Source of the DNA: Chiloscyllium plagiosum
Lineage: Eukaryota
Direction: 5' to 3'
NCBI RefSeq assembly: GCF_004010195.1
Contig: NC_057718.1
Span: 47,939,398 to 47,959,397 of the forward strand
DNA length: 20,000 nt
Both the position numbers and the translations under genes were made by a program. Below the pieces are notes generated by a model. It worked only from the letters and a program-made list of their open reading frames with translations, was not told the origin of the DNA and ran no database searches. Shown piece by piece: positions 10,715-20,000 of the stretch (within the stretch, counting starts at the first letter, position 1; each line of letters begins with the position of its first letter).

Positions 10715-12048
10715 CCACACATTCTAACCTGACCTTAAATTTACCTGGACCATCTCTGACACCTCCCTCGCCTTCCTGGATCTCTCCAACTCCATTAATG
10801 ATGACCGACTTGACAAAGATATATATATTTTTTAAACAAACCCACCGACTCCCACAGCTACCTGGATTACACCTCTTCCCATCCCGTATTCCCAATTCCT
10901 CTGCCTCTGCCATATCTGCTCCAAGGAGGACCACTTCCACCACAGAACACACCAGATGGCCTCCTTCTTAGAGACTGCAATTTCCCTTCCCACGTGGTTA
11001 AAGATGCCCTCCAATGCATCTCATCCACATCCGCACCTCCGCCCTCAAATCCCACCCCTCCAACCATAACAAGGACAGAACCCCCCGGTGCTCACCTTCC
11101 ACCCTACCAACCTTCACATAAACCAAATCATCCGCTGACATTTCTGCCACCTCCAAACGGACCCCACCACTGGATATATTTCCCGACCCATCCCTTTCCG
11201 CCTTCTGCAAAAACCGTTCCCTCTGTGACTACCTGGTCAAGTCCACGCCCCCCAACAACCCACCCTCCAGTCCTGGCACCTTCCCCTTCCACCGCAGGAA
11301 TTGCGAAACCTGCGCCCACACCTCCTCCCTCACCTCCATCCAAGGCCTTAAAGGAGCCTTCCACATCCAAAATTTTACCTGCACATCCACCAATATCATT
11401 TATTGTATCTGTTGCTCCCAATGCAGTCTCCTCTACACTGGGGAGACTGGATGCCTCCTAGCAGAGCGCTTTAGGGAACATCTCTGGGACACCCGCACCA
11501 ATAAACCACACCACCCTGTGGCCCAACATTTCAACACCCCCTCCCACTCTGCAGAGGAAATGGAGGTCCTGGGCCTCCTTCACCGCTGCTCCCTCACCAC
11601 CCGACACCAGGAGGAAGAACGCCCCATCTTTCGCCTTGGAACACTTCAACCCCAGGACATCAATGTGGACTTCACCAGTTTCCTCATTTCCCCTTCTCCC
11701 CACCTCACCCCAGTTCCAAACTTCCAGCTCACTGTCCCCATGACTTGTCCTACCTGCCTATCTTCTTTTTTACCTATCCACTTTTTCACCTATCCACTCC
11801 ACCCTCCTCTCTGGCCTATCACCTTCATCCCCATCCCCACTCACCTATTGTACTCAATGCTACTTTCTCCCCACCCTCCTCTCATTTATCTCTCCACGCT
11901 TCAGGCACTCTGCCTGTATTCCTGATGAAGGGCTTTTGCCCAAAATGTCGATTTTACTACTCCTCGGATGCTGCCTGAACTGCTGTGCTTTTCCAGCACC
12001 ACTAATCCAAAATCTAGATTCCAGCATCTGTAGTCATTGTTTTTACCT
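10715..12048 (+). mobile_element. Penelope-like element (probably Neptune type), 5'-truncated: RT C-terminus, GIY-YIG endonuclease and pseudo-LTR
   Basis: Frameshifted translation: FTWTISDTSLAFLDL; PTDSHSYLDYTSS; YSQFLCLCHICS; NCETCAH; FTCTSTNIIYCICCSQCSLLYTGETGCLLAERFREHL; HPVAQHFNTPSHS...EERPIFRLGTLQPQDINVDF. A hammerhead-like motif follows in the 3' pLTR. Confidence 0.93.
11922..11953 (+). ncRNA. Degenerate minimal hammerhead ribozyme motif in PLE pLTR
   Basis: CTGATGA-a-gggc-tttt-gccc-AAAA-tgtc. Compared with the related copy at 19974-20000 (gcccGAAAcgtc), GAAAC has become AAAAT, consistent with two CpG decays. Likely inactive. Confidence 0.75.
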
Positions 12049-12254
12049 GGCCTGAGAGTTATCCAGGTCTTGCTGCATGCAGGAACAGACTACTTCATTA
12101 TCTGAGAATTAAAGGCTTGAAGTCAAAACCATCCATAAAGTCTATTGAAGTCTGAGACCTGTCTGTACTCTCGAATGGATTATAGAGAGATGAACACAAA
12201 GCCAATACGAAATGCAGAATTAGAACAGTGACAAATCATCTTTGTAATGAGCTT

Positions 12255-12692
12255 GATGCTGAACACAGGAACAGGTGTAGGCCATTCAGCCAGATAAGTC
12301 TGCTCCCCCATTCAATACAATCGTGGCTGATAATCCACTTCAGTGCCTTTTTCCATCATTATATCCATATCCCTTTATATCAGTAGTATTTAAAAATCTA
12401 TTCACTTCTACACATTCTCATTGACCGAGGTTCCTCAGTGCTCTGATGTAGTGAATTCTAAAAGAATCACAGTCCTTTGAGTGAGAAACAATTCTCATTC
12501 ATGTCTAAAGCAATTTCCCCCTTATTTTGAAATGGTGTTCCTTGGTTGTTGATTCCCAACCAGGGGAAACACCATCTGTTCCTTTAAACATTTTATAGAT
12601 TTCAATGAGATCACATCTCATTCTTCGAAACTCCAAAGAATACAGGTCCAAATTCTCTTCTTAGCATAGTCCCACCATCCCAGGAACAAGCC
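12255..12692 (-). mobile_element. Degraded CR1 3' fragment
   Basis: 3'UTR caggaacaggtgtaggccattcagcc and reverse-strand S-L-E-F-R-R-M-R motif (ctcattcttcgaaactccaaaga). Confidence 0.8.
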
Positions 12693-13708
12693 CATAAGAC
12701 CATAAGAAATAGGAACGGGAATAGGCCATTTGGCCCAATCAGCCTGCACTGCCATTCAATAGTATCATAGCTGAGCTGATAGTCCTCACATCCACTTTCC
12801 TGCCTTTTCTTCATAATCCTGGATTCCTTTACTGATTCAAGAATCTATCTCAATCTTATGTATACAAGGACTCAGCCCCCACAGCTCTCTATGGAATTCT
12901 AAAGACAAGCTCTGACAGAATAAATTCCTCACCATCTCAGTCTTAAATTGCAGCCCTTTATTCTGAGACTATGCCCTCTGGTCCTTAAATCTCCCATGAG
13001 GGGAAACATCCTCTCTGCATTCATCCTGTTAAGCCCACTAAGAATCCTACATGTTTTGATGAGATCACTTCTCATTATTTTGAACTCCAGTGAGTACAGT
13101 GCCAACTGTTTCACCTTTGCTTATAAGACAATCCCTCCATACTAGGGATCACCCTAGTGACCTTCTCTGAACAGGCTCCAATTAAATGATATCTTTGCTA
13201 AAATAAGGGGACCAAAACTGCTCTCAGTATTCCAGATGTGGTCTCACCAGCATCTTGTACAGCCACCGTGAGATAAGAGCCAACATTCCATTAGCCTACC
13301 TGATCACAGTGTCTGCATGGGTTTTCTCCGGGTGCTCCAGTTTCCTCCCACAGTCCAAAAATGTGCAGGTTAGGTGAATTGGCCATGCTAAATTGCCCGT
13401 AGTGTTAGGTGAAGGGGTAAACGTAGGGGAATGGGTCTGGGTGGGTTGCTCTTCAGAGAGTCGGTGTGGACTTGTTGGGCCGAAGGGCCTGTTCCCAACC
13501 TGTAAGTAATCTAACCTAATCTAAAAATGTAAAACTTCACATTTTCCCACATTATTGTCCATTTGCCAATTTTTTGCCCGCTTATTGATATCTCCCTCTG
13601 CAAACTCTTTTTATCCGTCCCACAACTTGACTTCCCATCTATTTTTGTGACATTTGCAAATTTGACTACAGTACATTCACTTATTTTGTCCAAGTCATTA
13701 ATATATGT
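12693..13708 (-). mobile_element. CR1 3' fragment (RT C-terminus and 3'UTR), interrupted by a V-SINE
   Basis: Tail cataagaccataagaaatagg; motifs LALYSLEFKIMRSDLIKT...RTRGHSLRIKG and ECTVVKFANVTKIDG. Confidence 0.9.
13309..13524 (+). mobile_element. HE1-type V-SINE, 5'-truncated
   Basis: V-domain GTGTCTGCATGGGTTTTCTCCGGGTGCTCCAGTTTCCTCCCACAGTCCAAA, CR1/HER1-derived tail GGACTTGTTGGGCCGAAGGGCCTGTT, and a TCTAA-type repeat end. Confidence 0.92.
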
Positions 13709-14075
13709 TTTTGCAAGGTTTGTAGCTCAGGTTGAGGTTTAGGGTGTAGGTTTGTTTGCTGAGCTGTAGGTTTGATATCCAGACGTTTCATTACCTGGCT
13801 AGGTAACATCGTCAGGGGCGACCTCCAAGTGAAGCGAAGCTGTTGTCTCCTGCTTTCTATTTATATCTTTCTCCTGGATGGGGTTCCTGGGTTTTGTGGT
13901 GATGTCATTTCCTGTTCATTTTTCTGAGGGGTTGATAGATGGCATTTAGATCTGTGTGTTTGTTTATGGCATTGTGGTTGGGAGTGCTAAGCCTCTAGGA
14001 ATTCTCTGGCATGTCTTTGCTGAGTCTACGACCCCTCAGAAAACGAACAGGAAATGACATCACCACAAACCCCAA
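13709..14075 (-). mobile_element. Penelope-like element (probably Poseidon type) 3' end/pLTR with a short inverted pLTR segment
   Basis: Minus-strand peptide QRHAREFLEA*HS/NHNAINKHTDLNAIYQPLRK (GIY-YIG C-terminus), followed by a hammerhead motif. 14026-14074 is an inverted copy of 13888-13938. Confidence 0.85.
13781..13815 (-). ncRNA. Minimal (type I, PLE-associated) hammerhead ribozyme motif
   Basis: Minus strand: CTGACGA-t-gttacct-agcc-aggtaat-GAAA-cGTC. Core boxes are intact, stem II is a 7-bp helix with a G-U closing pair, there is a palindromic ACGT and a GUC cleavage triplet. Stem I is weak (ccc/tgg). Confidence 0.78.
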
Positions 14076-14199
14076 GACTGTTTTTTGGGGTTTTGTGCTT
14101 TGAAGGAATGTAAAGTTGCTGTAAACTATACAATCATTCTTTAAAGAATCATTGCCAATGTACGGTCATATTTTTAATGTATTTATTGAATCCACTTCA

Positions 14200-15035
14200 A
14201 TCAATTTACTCCTCATACATTCATAATTTCCTCTGTGCAAATGTAATCCCCTAGCTTCAAGATAAATGAACTCACTCCCAATCACAATGTAAAATTCTAT
14301 CATATTATGCCCACTCATGCCCTTGGAACATCATAACATTCAAAGCTACAGGCAATGTGTTGCTAAATGGGATTAGGTTGAAGGTCAGGTGTTTCTCACG
14401 TGTCAGTGCAGACTCAATGTCTTGAAGGACCTCTTCTGCACTATATGATTCCATGATTCTATAAAGGCTCTTTTGCAACATAATTATTAGTTAGGCTTTT
14501 ACATTTCTTAATACTAAATCTAAAATAGCCTGCATTCTGATATTTTTCAGAACATACTGCTCTACAAACAGTCCCTACACACTCCAGAAACTCATTCTCA
14601 ACATCGTAAGTGCTCATTATGTTTACCAAATCTATGCACAGATTGAAGTCACCCATGATTACTGTATTACTCATGCTACAGGAGTCTCCAATCTCCTTAT
14701 TAAAGCCATGACCCACACTACCACAATTATTTGATGGCCTACAAATAACTCCTACCAACGTTTGCTATCCCTTGCTGCTCCTTAGCTCCATTCTAACAGG
14801 TTCCGCATTTTGTTCTTTTGATTGGAGATCCTTCCTCTCTAATGGACCGATCCCATCCTTTATCATTAGTTTACCACCATCTCCTCTTCCTTTATGCCTA
14901 TCCTTTCTAATAATCAAATATTCCTTGGTCACCCTCAGCCATGTTATTATAATGGCAATGAGATCATACCCATTTTCAATTACTTTTGCCTTTAAATTAT
15001 CTACCTTGTTGCAAATGCTGTGTGCATTTTGGAAT
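14200..15035 (-). mobile_element. CR1 ORF2 APE endonuclease region, degraded (interrupted at ~14336-14462)
   Basis: Motifs NAHSICNKVDNL...YDLIAIIITWL...IRKDRHKGRGDG and VGVICRP...TVIMGDFNL. Confidence 0.88.
14336..14462 (+). mobile_element. Short CR1-type 3' end fragment
   Basis: gtgcagactcaatg...gaaggacctcttctgcactatatgattccatgattctat, a CR1 3'UTR with ATGATTCT-type tandem tail. Confidence 0.75.
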
Positions 15036-15246
15036 AATTCCCTTTGTCTCTTTGAAAGAAAATGACAAGTTTGGTACAATGATAGAGAATTAAATCGGGG
15101 AAGAGAAAGCAATAGCTTATAGTGACAAGGGAATGCGATCAAAACAAATCCCTCGTGCTCTACTAAACAAGTACATTATCCCAATTGGCAGCCGGTTAAA
15201 GAATACATGAATTCAGTTAAAGATTTAACAGAACAACAGGACTTAC

Positions 15247-15373
15247 CTGTAGTGCACATGTGTGACTGTTGGTTTTCTGTAACCAATTATCCAAGTCTGA
15301 ATGTCTATTGGCTTTGCTTTGTGATACGCGATGGTAATATCTATAACCCACTGGAGGCCACTTTGTTTTTCCA
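15247..15373 (-). CDS. lpgat1: Internal coding exon of lysophosphatidylglycerol acyltransferase 1 (C-terminal region)
   Basis: Minus strand: polypyrimidine tract and acceptor ...ttttttaatctctgttctatgtag|TG GAA AAA..., donor CTACAG|gtaagt. 127 bp, phase 1 to phase 2. Translation EKQSGLQWVIDITIAYHKAKPIDIQTWIIGYRKPTVTHVHY(R) closely matches human LPGAT1 as I recall it (SKGLQWIIDTTIAYPKAEPIDIQTWILGYRKPTVTHVHYR). The ORF track shows this region only in other frames. Neighbouring exons were not found in the window. Confidence 0.95.
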
Positions 15374-15585
15374 CTACATAGAACAGAGATTAAAAAAATA
15401 AGCAACTTTCTTTTTTGAGATATTTAGTCCTTGATATAATTACTGAGGTGGGAAAGGTGCATGTACATTGCAGATAATTTGTTCTGACCAAAAATGGTTA
15501 CGACTTCACCAAATCACTGTCATCTGGCAAAATTCATCAATTATCAACTTGTTCATAATTTCATATATTAACACCAATTTTACAA

Positions 15586-15700
15586 TTCATAGAATTGTTA
15601 TAGCACAGAAGGTGCCATTTGACAGTGTCTATGCCACTTTTCTGAAACAGCAACTCTGAGTCCCGCTCTCTTACACTTTCCCTTATCCTTACAATCACTC
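15586..15700 (-). mobile_element. Degraded CR1 3' tail
   Basis: catagaattgttatagcacagaaggtgccatttg resembles a reverse-complemented CR1 3' terminus. Confidence 0.55.
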
Positions 15701-17200
15701 AAAAAAACATCGACTTTGATTTTATGTAGCACTGCAGTCTCTACTGCTGCCTAACAAGTTGGATGTGGAGAAGGAGGTCAGGAGAATGGCTGCTCCGTTG
15801 TGGTTCAGGGAAGACATTAAGGAAGGAAGCATTCCAGCTGCCACCAACCGAGGAAAATCTGTTGGCTTAGCCATTTGGCACAGAACTTTCCCACTGTTGG
15901 TTAACTCAATGGCACTTGGATGAGGTCCTTAAGTAGGCATGTAAGAGCTTCAATTGTGGATTGACCACCTGATACTTTTGTTATTGGAAACAAAAATCTA
16001 TTATCCTGGTCTTTATGTGACTCCAGACACTCAAGCAATGAGGTAGCAGTGGGGTGGAAGTCAGATGGGTAATCACATTTGGACCATTTTATAAGTGAGG
16101 CAGGTGGAAAGATCCTGAATTTAGCATTACAAGAGCCTCAGCTTGTCCAACAGGTCCGAGGTACTGTGTGAATGAGGAAAAGGACTGTAGGGAAGGTGGG
16201 AAAACTGATCACCAAGGTAGAAGAGACTATTCAAGCAGGGAAGCAAAAATAAGCATGATAGTGTTAAGAGATTCAATATTTATGAGTTTAGACAGCATCA
16301 TTTATAAGCAGGATCAAGAGTCCCGGCAGGCAAAGCACCATGCAGATCAGGCCATTCACGTCAAGATAAGGGTCATCTTGAACAGGCTTGAACGGATATT
16401 TGAGTGGGAGAGGGACGATCCAGTTGTTGTGGTCCATGTTGGAACTAACAACAGAGGAAAAAGGCGGCGAGAGGTTGGGGAATACCAGAAACTTGGAAAC
16501 AAATTTAAAGAATAGGACCTCACAGAATCTCCAGATTATTATCCAAAACACACGAAAATTGACAAAGATAAGAAGATTAGTAAAGTCAACGGATGGCTAA
16601 AGCAGTGGTGCGGGAGAGACCGTTTCCATTCAATGGGGCACTAGTACCAGTGTTGGGACAGGAGGGAACTGTACTGTTGGGATGGGCTTCACCTGATCAG
16701 ATCACCTCCACTGAGCTGGGAACCAGGATTCGAGCTGAAAGACCAAGTAAGGTGGTCATAAGAACTTTAAACTAGTTAAAAGGGAAGGCAGTCTCAGGAA
16801 ACAATAAAGCTTCCAGAAAAAGTAACAGGACACCGTATAGAAATGGTCAGGAATCTAACTTCAGGCATAGCTGTTAAGGGAACAGCTATGAGAAGGGGGA
16901 GGGGGGCAATCAACACAGGACTGAAGGTGTTGTACTTAAATGCACGCAGTATGTGAACTAAGGCAAATGAGCTTGTCCTGCAGATGGAAATTGAGGTACA
17001 ATGTTATGGGCATCGCAGAAACATAGCTGAAAAGGGATGAGGGCTGGGAACTACATATCCAAGGATACTTGTCCTATCAAAAGGACAGGCAGATGGGCAG
17101 AGACAGCAGGGTTGCCTTAATTGTAAGAAATGAAATTAAACCAATAGCAGGAAGAAAAATAGGATCAGAAGGCATAGAAAAATGTGGGTGGAGTGGAGGA

Positions 17201-17882
17201 ATCACACATGCAGGTTGAGTCCGTGATTAAGAAAGCGAATGCAATGTTGTCAATTATCTCAAGAGGGTTGGAATATAAAAGCATCATTGTGCTACTGAGA
17301 CTTTATAAAGCTCTGGTTAGGCCCCATTTGGAGTACTGTGTCCAGTTTTGGTCCCCACACCTCAGGAAGGACATACTGGCACTGGAGCGTGTCCAGCAGA
17401 GATTCACACGGATGATCCCTGGAATGGTAGGTCTAACATATATGAGGAACGGCTGAGGATCCTGGGAGTGTATTCATTGGAGTTTAGAAGATTAAGGGGA
17501 GATCTAATAGAAACTTACAAGATAATACATGGCTTGGAGAGGATGGACGCTAGGAAATTGTTCCCATTAGGCGAGGAGATGAGGACCCGTGGACACAGCC
17601 TTAGAATTAGAGGGGGTAAATTCAGAACAGAAATGCGGAGACATTTCTTCAGCCAGAGAGTGGTGGGCCTGTGGAATTCATTGCCACAGAGTGCAGTGGA
17701 GGCTGGGACGCTAAATGTCTTCAAGGCAGAAATTGATAAATTCTTGATGTCACAAGGAATTAAGGGCTACGGGGAGAATGTGGGTAAGTGGAGTTGAAAT
17801 GCCCATCAGCCATGATTGAATGGCGGAGTGGACTTGATGGGCCGAATGGCCTTACTTCCGCTCCTATGTCTTATGGTCTTAT
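17201..17882 (+). mobile_element. Comparatively young 5'-truncated CR1 (HER1-like) inserted in the APE region of the older CR1
   Basis: Near-intact C-terminus KKANAMLSIISRGLEYKS...RPHLEYCVQFWSP...RRHFFSQRVVGLWNSLPQ with a single frameshift. 3' end gggccgaatggcct...cctatgtcttatggtcttat. The host reading (xWVE...KTLMG) resumes afterwards. Confidence 0.92.
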
Positions 17883-18360
17883 ACACACAAAAACCCTGAT
17901 GGGACTTATTTAAGGGGTCTTCAATATACAGATGGACTGGTAAATTCAATTGGTACTGGATCCCAAGAAAAGGAATTCAAGGCATGTCTAGGAGACAACT
18001 TTTAGAAGCAACTTCTGATAGAACCCACTTGGGAACAGAAATTCTGCATTTAGTGATGTGTAATGAGACAGAACTGATTCAGGACTATAAAATGATAGAA
18101 TTCACCCTGCAAGCTTGAGGAAAAGAAACTGGAAAAGAAATCAGATGTAACTGCATTTCAATTGAGTAAAGTAATGGCAAAGACTTGCCGGAAGAGCTGA
18201 CCAAAGTTGAGCAAGGGGAGCCTAGCAGGGAAGACAGTGATGTAGCAATGACAGAAGTTTCTGGGGGTAATTTAGGACGCACAACAGAAATTATCCCAAG
18301 GGAGGGAACATAACCGGAGGACAAGGCAACTATGGCTGACAAGGGAAGTCAAGGACCACT

Positions 18361-18624
18361 TAGATTAGATTAGATTAGATTACTTACAGTGTGGAAACAG
18401 GCCCTTCGGCCCAACAAGTCCACACCGCCCCACCGAAGCGCAACCCACCCATACCCCTACATGTACCCCTTACCTAACACTACGGGCAATTTAGCATGGC
18501 CAATTCACCTGACCTGCATAGCTTTGGACTGTGGGAGGAAACCGGAGCACCCAGAGGAAACCCATGCAGACACGGGGAGAACGTGCAAACTCCACACAGT
18601 CAGTCACCTGAGGCGGGAATTGAA
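18361..18624 (-). mobile_element. HE1-type V-SINE truncated at the tRNA B-box
   Basis: Reverse complement begins TTCAATTCCC (B-box remnant), continues through the V-domain GTGTGGAGTTTGCACGTTCTCCCCGTGTCTGC and a CR1-derived tail, and ends in (TTAGA)4 at 18361-18380. Confidence 0.94.
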
Positions 18625-19874
18625 AGCAAAAGAAAAAACGCAAAAAATGTAGTGAAGATTAGTGGGAAGCCAGAGGGCTGGAAAGACTTTAAAAGCCAAC
18701 AAAGGACAACTAAGAAAGCAATGGGGGAGGGAGATGATGAAATAAGAGGTTAAGCTAGCTAGTAATATAAAAGAAGATTACAAGACTTTTCTTTTAGCTC
18801 TATGAAAGGTAAGAGAGAGACAAGAATGAACATTGTATTGTTGGAAAATGAGGCTGGAGAAGTAATAATGGGAAACAGGTACTTTGCATCAATCTTCATG
18901 GTTGAAGACACCAGCAGTATAACAGAACTTCATGAGAATCAAGGGGTAGATGTGAATGTGCTGGCCATCAGAAAGTGCTGGGGAAAGCAAAAGATATGAA
19001 GGTGGATATGTCACCCAAAACCAGATGGACTACATCTGAAGGAAATACCTGAGGGGATTGTACAGGCATTGATGGTTATCTTTCAGAAGTCACTGGAGTC
19101 AGAGAGTCTCCCAGATGACTGGAAAATGGCTGGTATAAACACCTGTTTAAGCAATGAGGGATGCAGAAGATAGGAAATTATCAGTCATTTAGCCTGACTT
19201 CTGTCATTGTTCAGAGTTTAGAGTCCATTAGTAAGGATAAGAGTGTGGAATACTTGGGAGTGCACCATAAAATACAGTTGAGTCAGCCTGACTTAATCAA
19301 GGGAAAAACATGCCTGACAAGTCTGGTAGAATTCTTGAAGAAGTTAATGAGCAAGTTAGAGCAAGGACAGCCAGTGGACATGATCTATTTGGATTTCCAG
19401 AAAGCCTCTGAAAGGTGCAACAAAGAAGTCAGCTAAATAAGATAAAAGCCCATGGTGTTAGTGACAAGATACTGGCATGGATGGAAGATTGACTGACTGG
19501 CAGAAGGTAGAGAGTGGGGATAAAGGAGTTTTTTCAGGATGGCAGCCAGTGACTAATGGTGTTCTGCAGAGACCACAACTATTCATGTTGTCCATTAGTG
19601 ATCTGGACAAAGGAACAGAGATGGTATTGTTAAGTTTGCACATGACACAAACAGGTGGAGGGGCAGGTAGAATGCAGGAGGTGGGGAGGCTGTAGAAGTA
19701 CTGGGACAAGCTAGGAGAGTGGGCAAGGAAATAGCAAATGGAATACACACACACAGTGTGGGAAAGTGAGGTTATGCATTTGGATAGGAAGAATACAGAC
19801 TATTTTCTAAATGGGGAAAGGCATCAAAAATCTGAAGCACAAAGGGACTTTGGAGTACTAATTCAGAATTCTTT

Positions 19875-20000
19875 GAGGAGAAAGTAAGGTCTGCAGATGC
19901 TGGAGATCAGAGCTGGAAATGTGTTGCTGGAAAAGCGCAGCAGGCCAGGCAGCATCCAGGGAACAGGAGAATCGACGTTTCGGGCATAAGCCCTTCTTCA
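19875..20000 (-). mobile_element. Penelope-like element pLTR 3' end (runs off the window)
   Basis: Reverse complement tgaagaagggcttatgcccgaaacgtcgattctcctgttccctggatgctgcc...ttttccagc...tccagcatctgcag is homologous to 11923-12035. Confidence 0.88.
19974..20000 (-). ncRNA. Minimal hammerhead ribozyme motif (core apparently intact, truncated by window edge)
   Basis: Minus strand: (C)TGAAGA-a-gggc-ttat-gccc-GAAA-cGTC. The first C of the core and the 5' strand of stem I lie beyond 20000. Confidence 0.75.

Larger units (their letters stand above)
16130..19874 (+). mobile_element. Near full-length degraded CR1 LINE (ORF1 SGNH-esterase-like, ORF2 APE and RT) with nested insertions
   Basis: ORF1: IVLRDSI (GDS-like), DPVVVVHVGTNN, WLKQWC, WDGLHL. 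ORF2 from ~16921: LKVLYLNARS, GWELHIQGY. RT: GNYQSFSLTS, KGKTCLTSLVEF, PVDMIYLDFQKA, GWQPVTNGV. Many stops and frameshifts. Confidence 0.92.

Noticed and set aside
10698..11978. Cluster of Pro-rich and Gly-rich ORFs
   Set aside because: Alternative frames and antisense reads of the C-rich PLE; only parts (e.g. 11518 onward) reflect its true GIY-YIG C-terminus.
1..15246. Next lpgat1 exons (IFPIKDVP...FYETG and the last exon)
   Set aside because: Searched by eye and not found; they probably lie beyond position 1, although a diverged exon could have been missed.
15217..15405. ORF-track proteins at 15217-15405 (-) and 15207-15401 (+)
   Set aside because: Wrong-frame and antisense shadows of the real lpgat1 exon.
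15770..16050. Possible degraded MITE or LINE tail
   Set aside because: Only faint similarity to shark repeats; no termini or TSD can be defined.
18361..18380. (TTAGA)n as a telomere-like or CRISPR-like repeat
   Set aside because: It is the tandem 3' tail of the HE1-type SINE; there are no spacers and the context is eukaryotic.

Overview
Vertebrate genomic DNA, most likely from a shark (carpet/bamboo-shark-like, inferred from HE1/V-SINE, HER1/CR1 and Penelope repeat types). The window appears to lie inside the lpgat1 gene on the minus strand. One 127-bp internal coding exon (15373-15247) translates to EKQSGLQWVIDITIAYHKAKPIDIQTWIIGYRKPTVTHVHY(R) and is missed by the ORF track. Most of the rest is nested, decayed retrotransposons: many CR1 LINE fragments, one near full-length CR1 (ORF1 esterase, APE, RT), an older CR1/L2-group LINE, two V-SINEs and three Penelope-like elements (PLEs) with minimal hammerhead ribozyme motifs. 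Notable points: two hammerhead cores lie sense to the host pre-mRNA, one on each side of the exon; an inverted SINE pair flanks the exon; a compact CpG-rich E-box/CRE element sits deep in the intron (~8175-8356); and a repeat-free block (~7600-10300) is unexplained. Element boundaries are approximate and family assignments come from motif recognition, not database searches. No new biological system can be firmly supported from the sequence alone.
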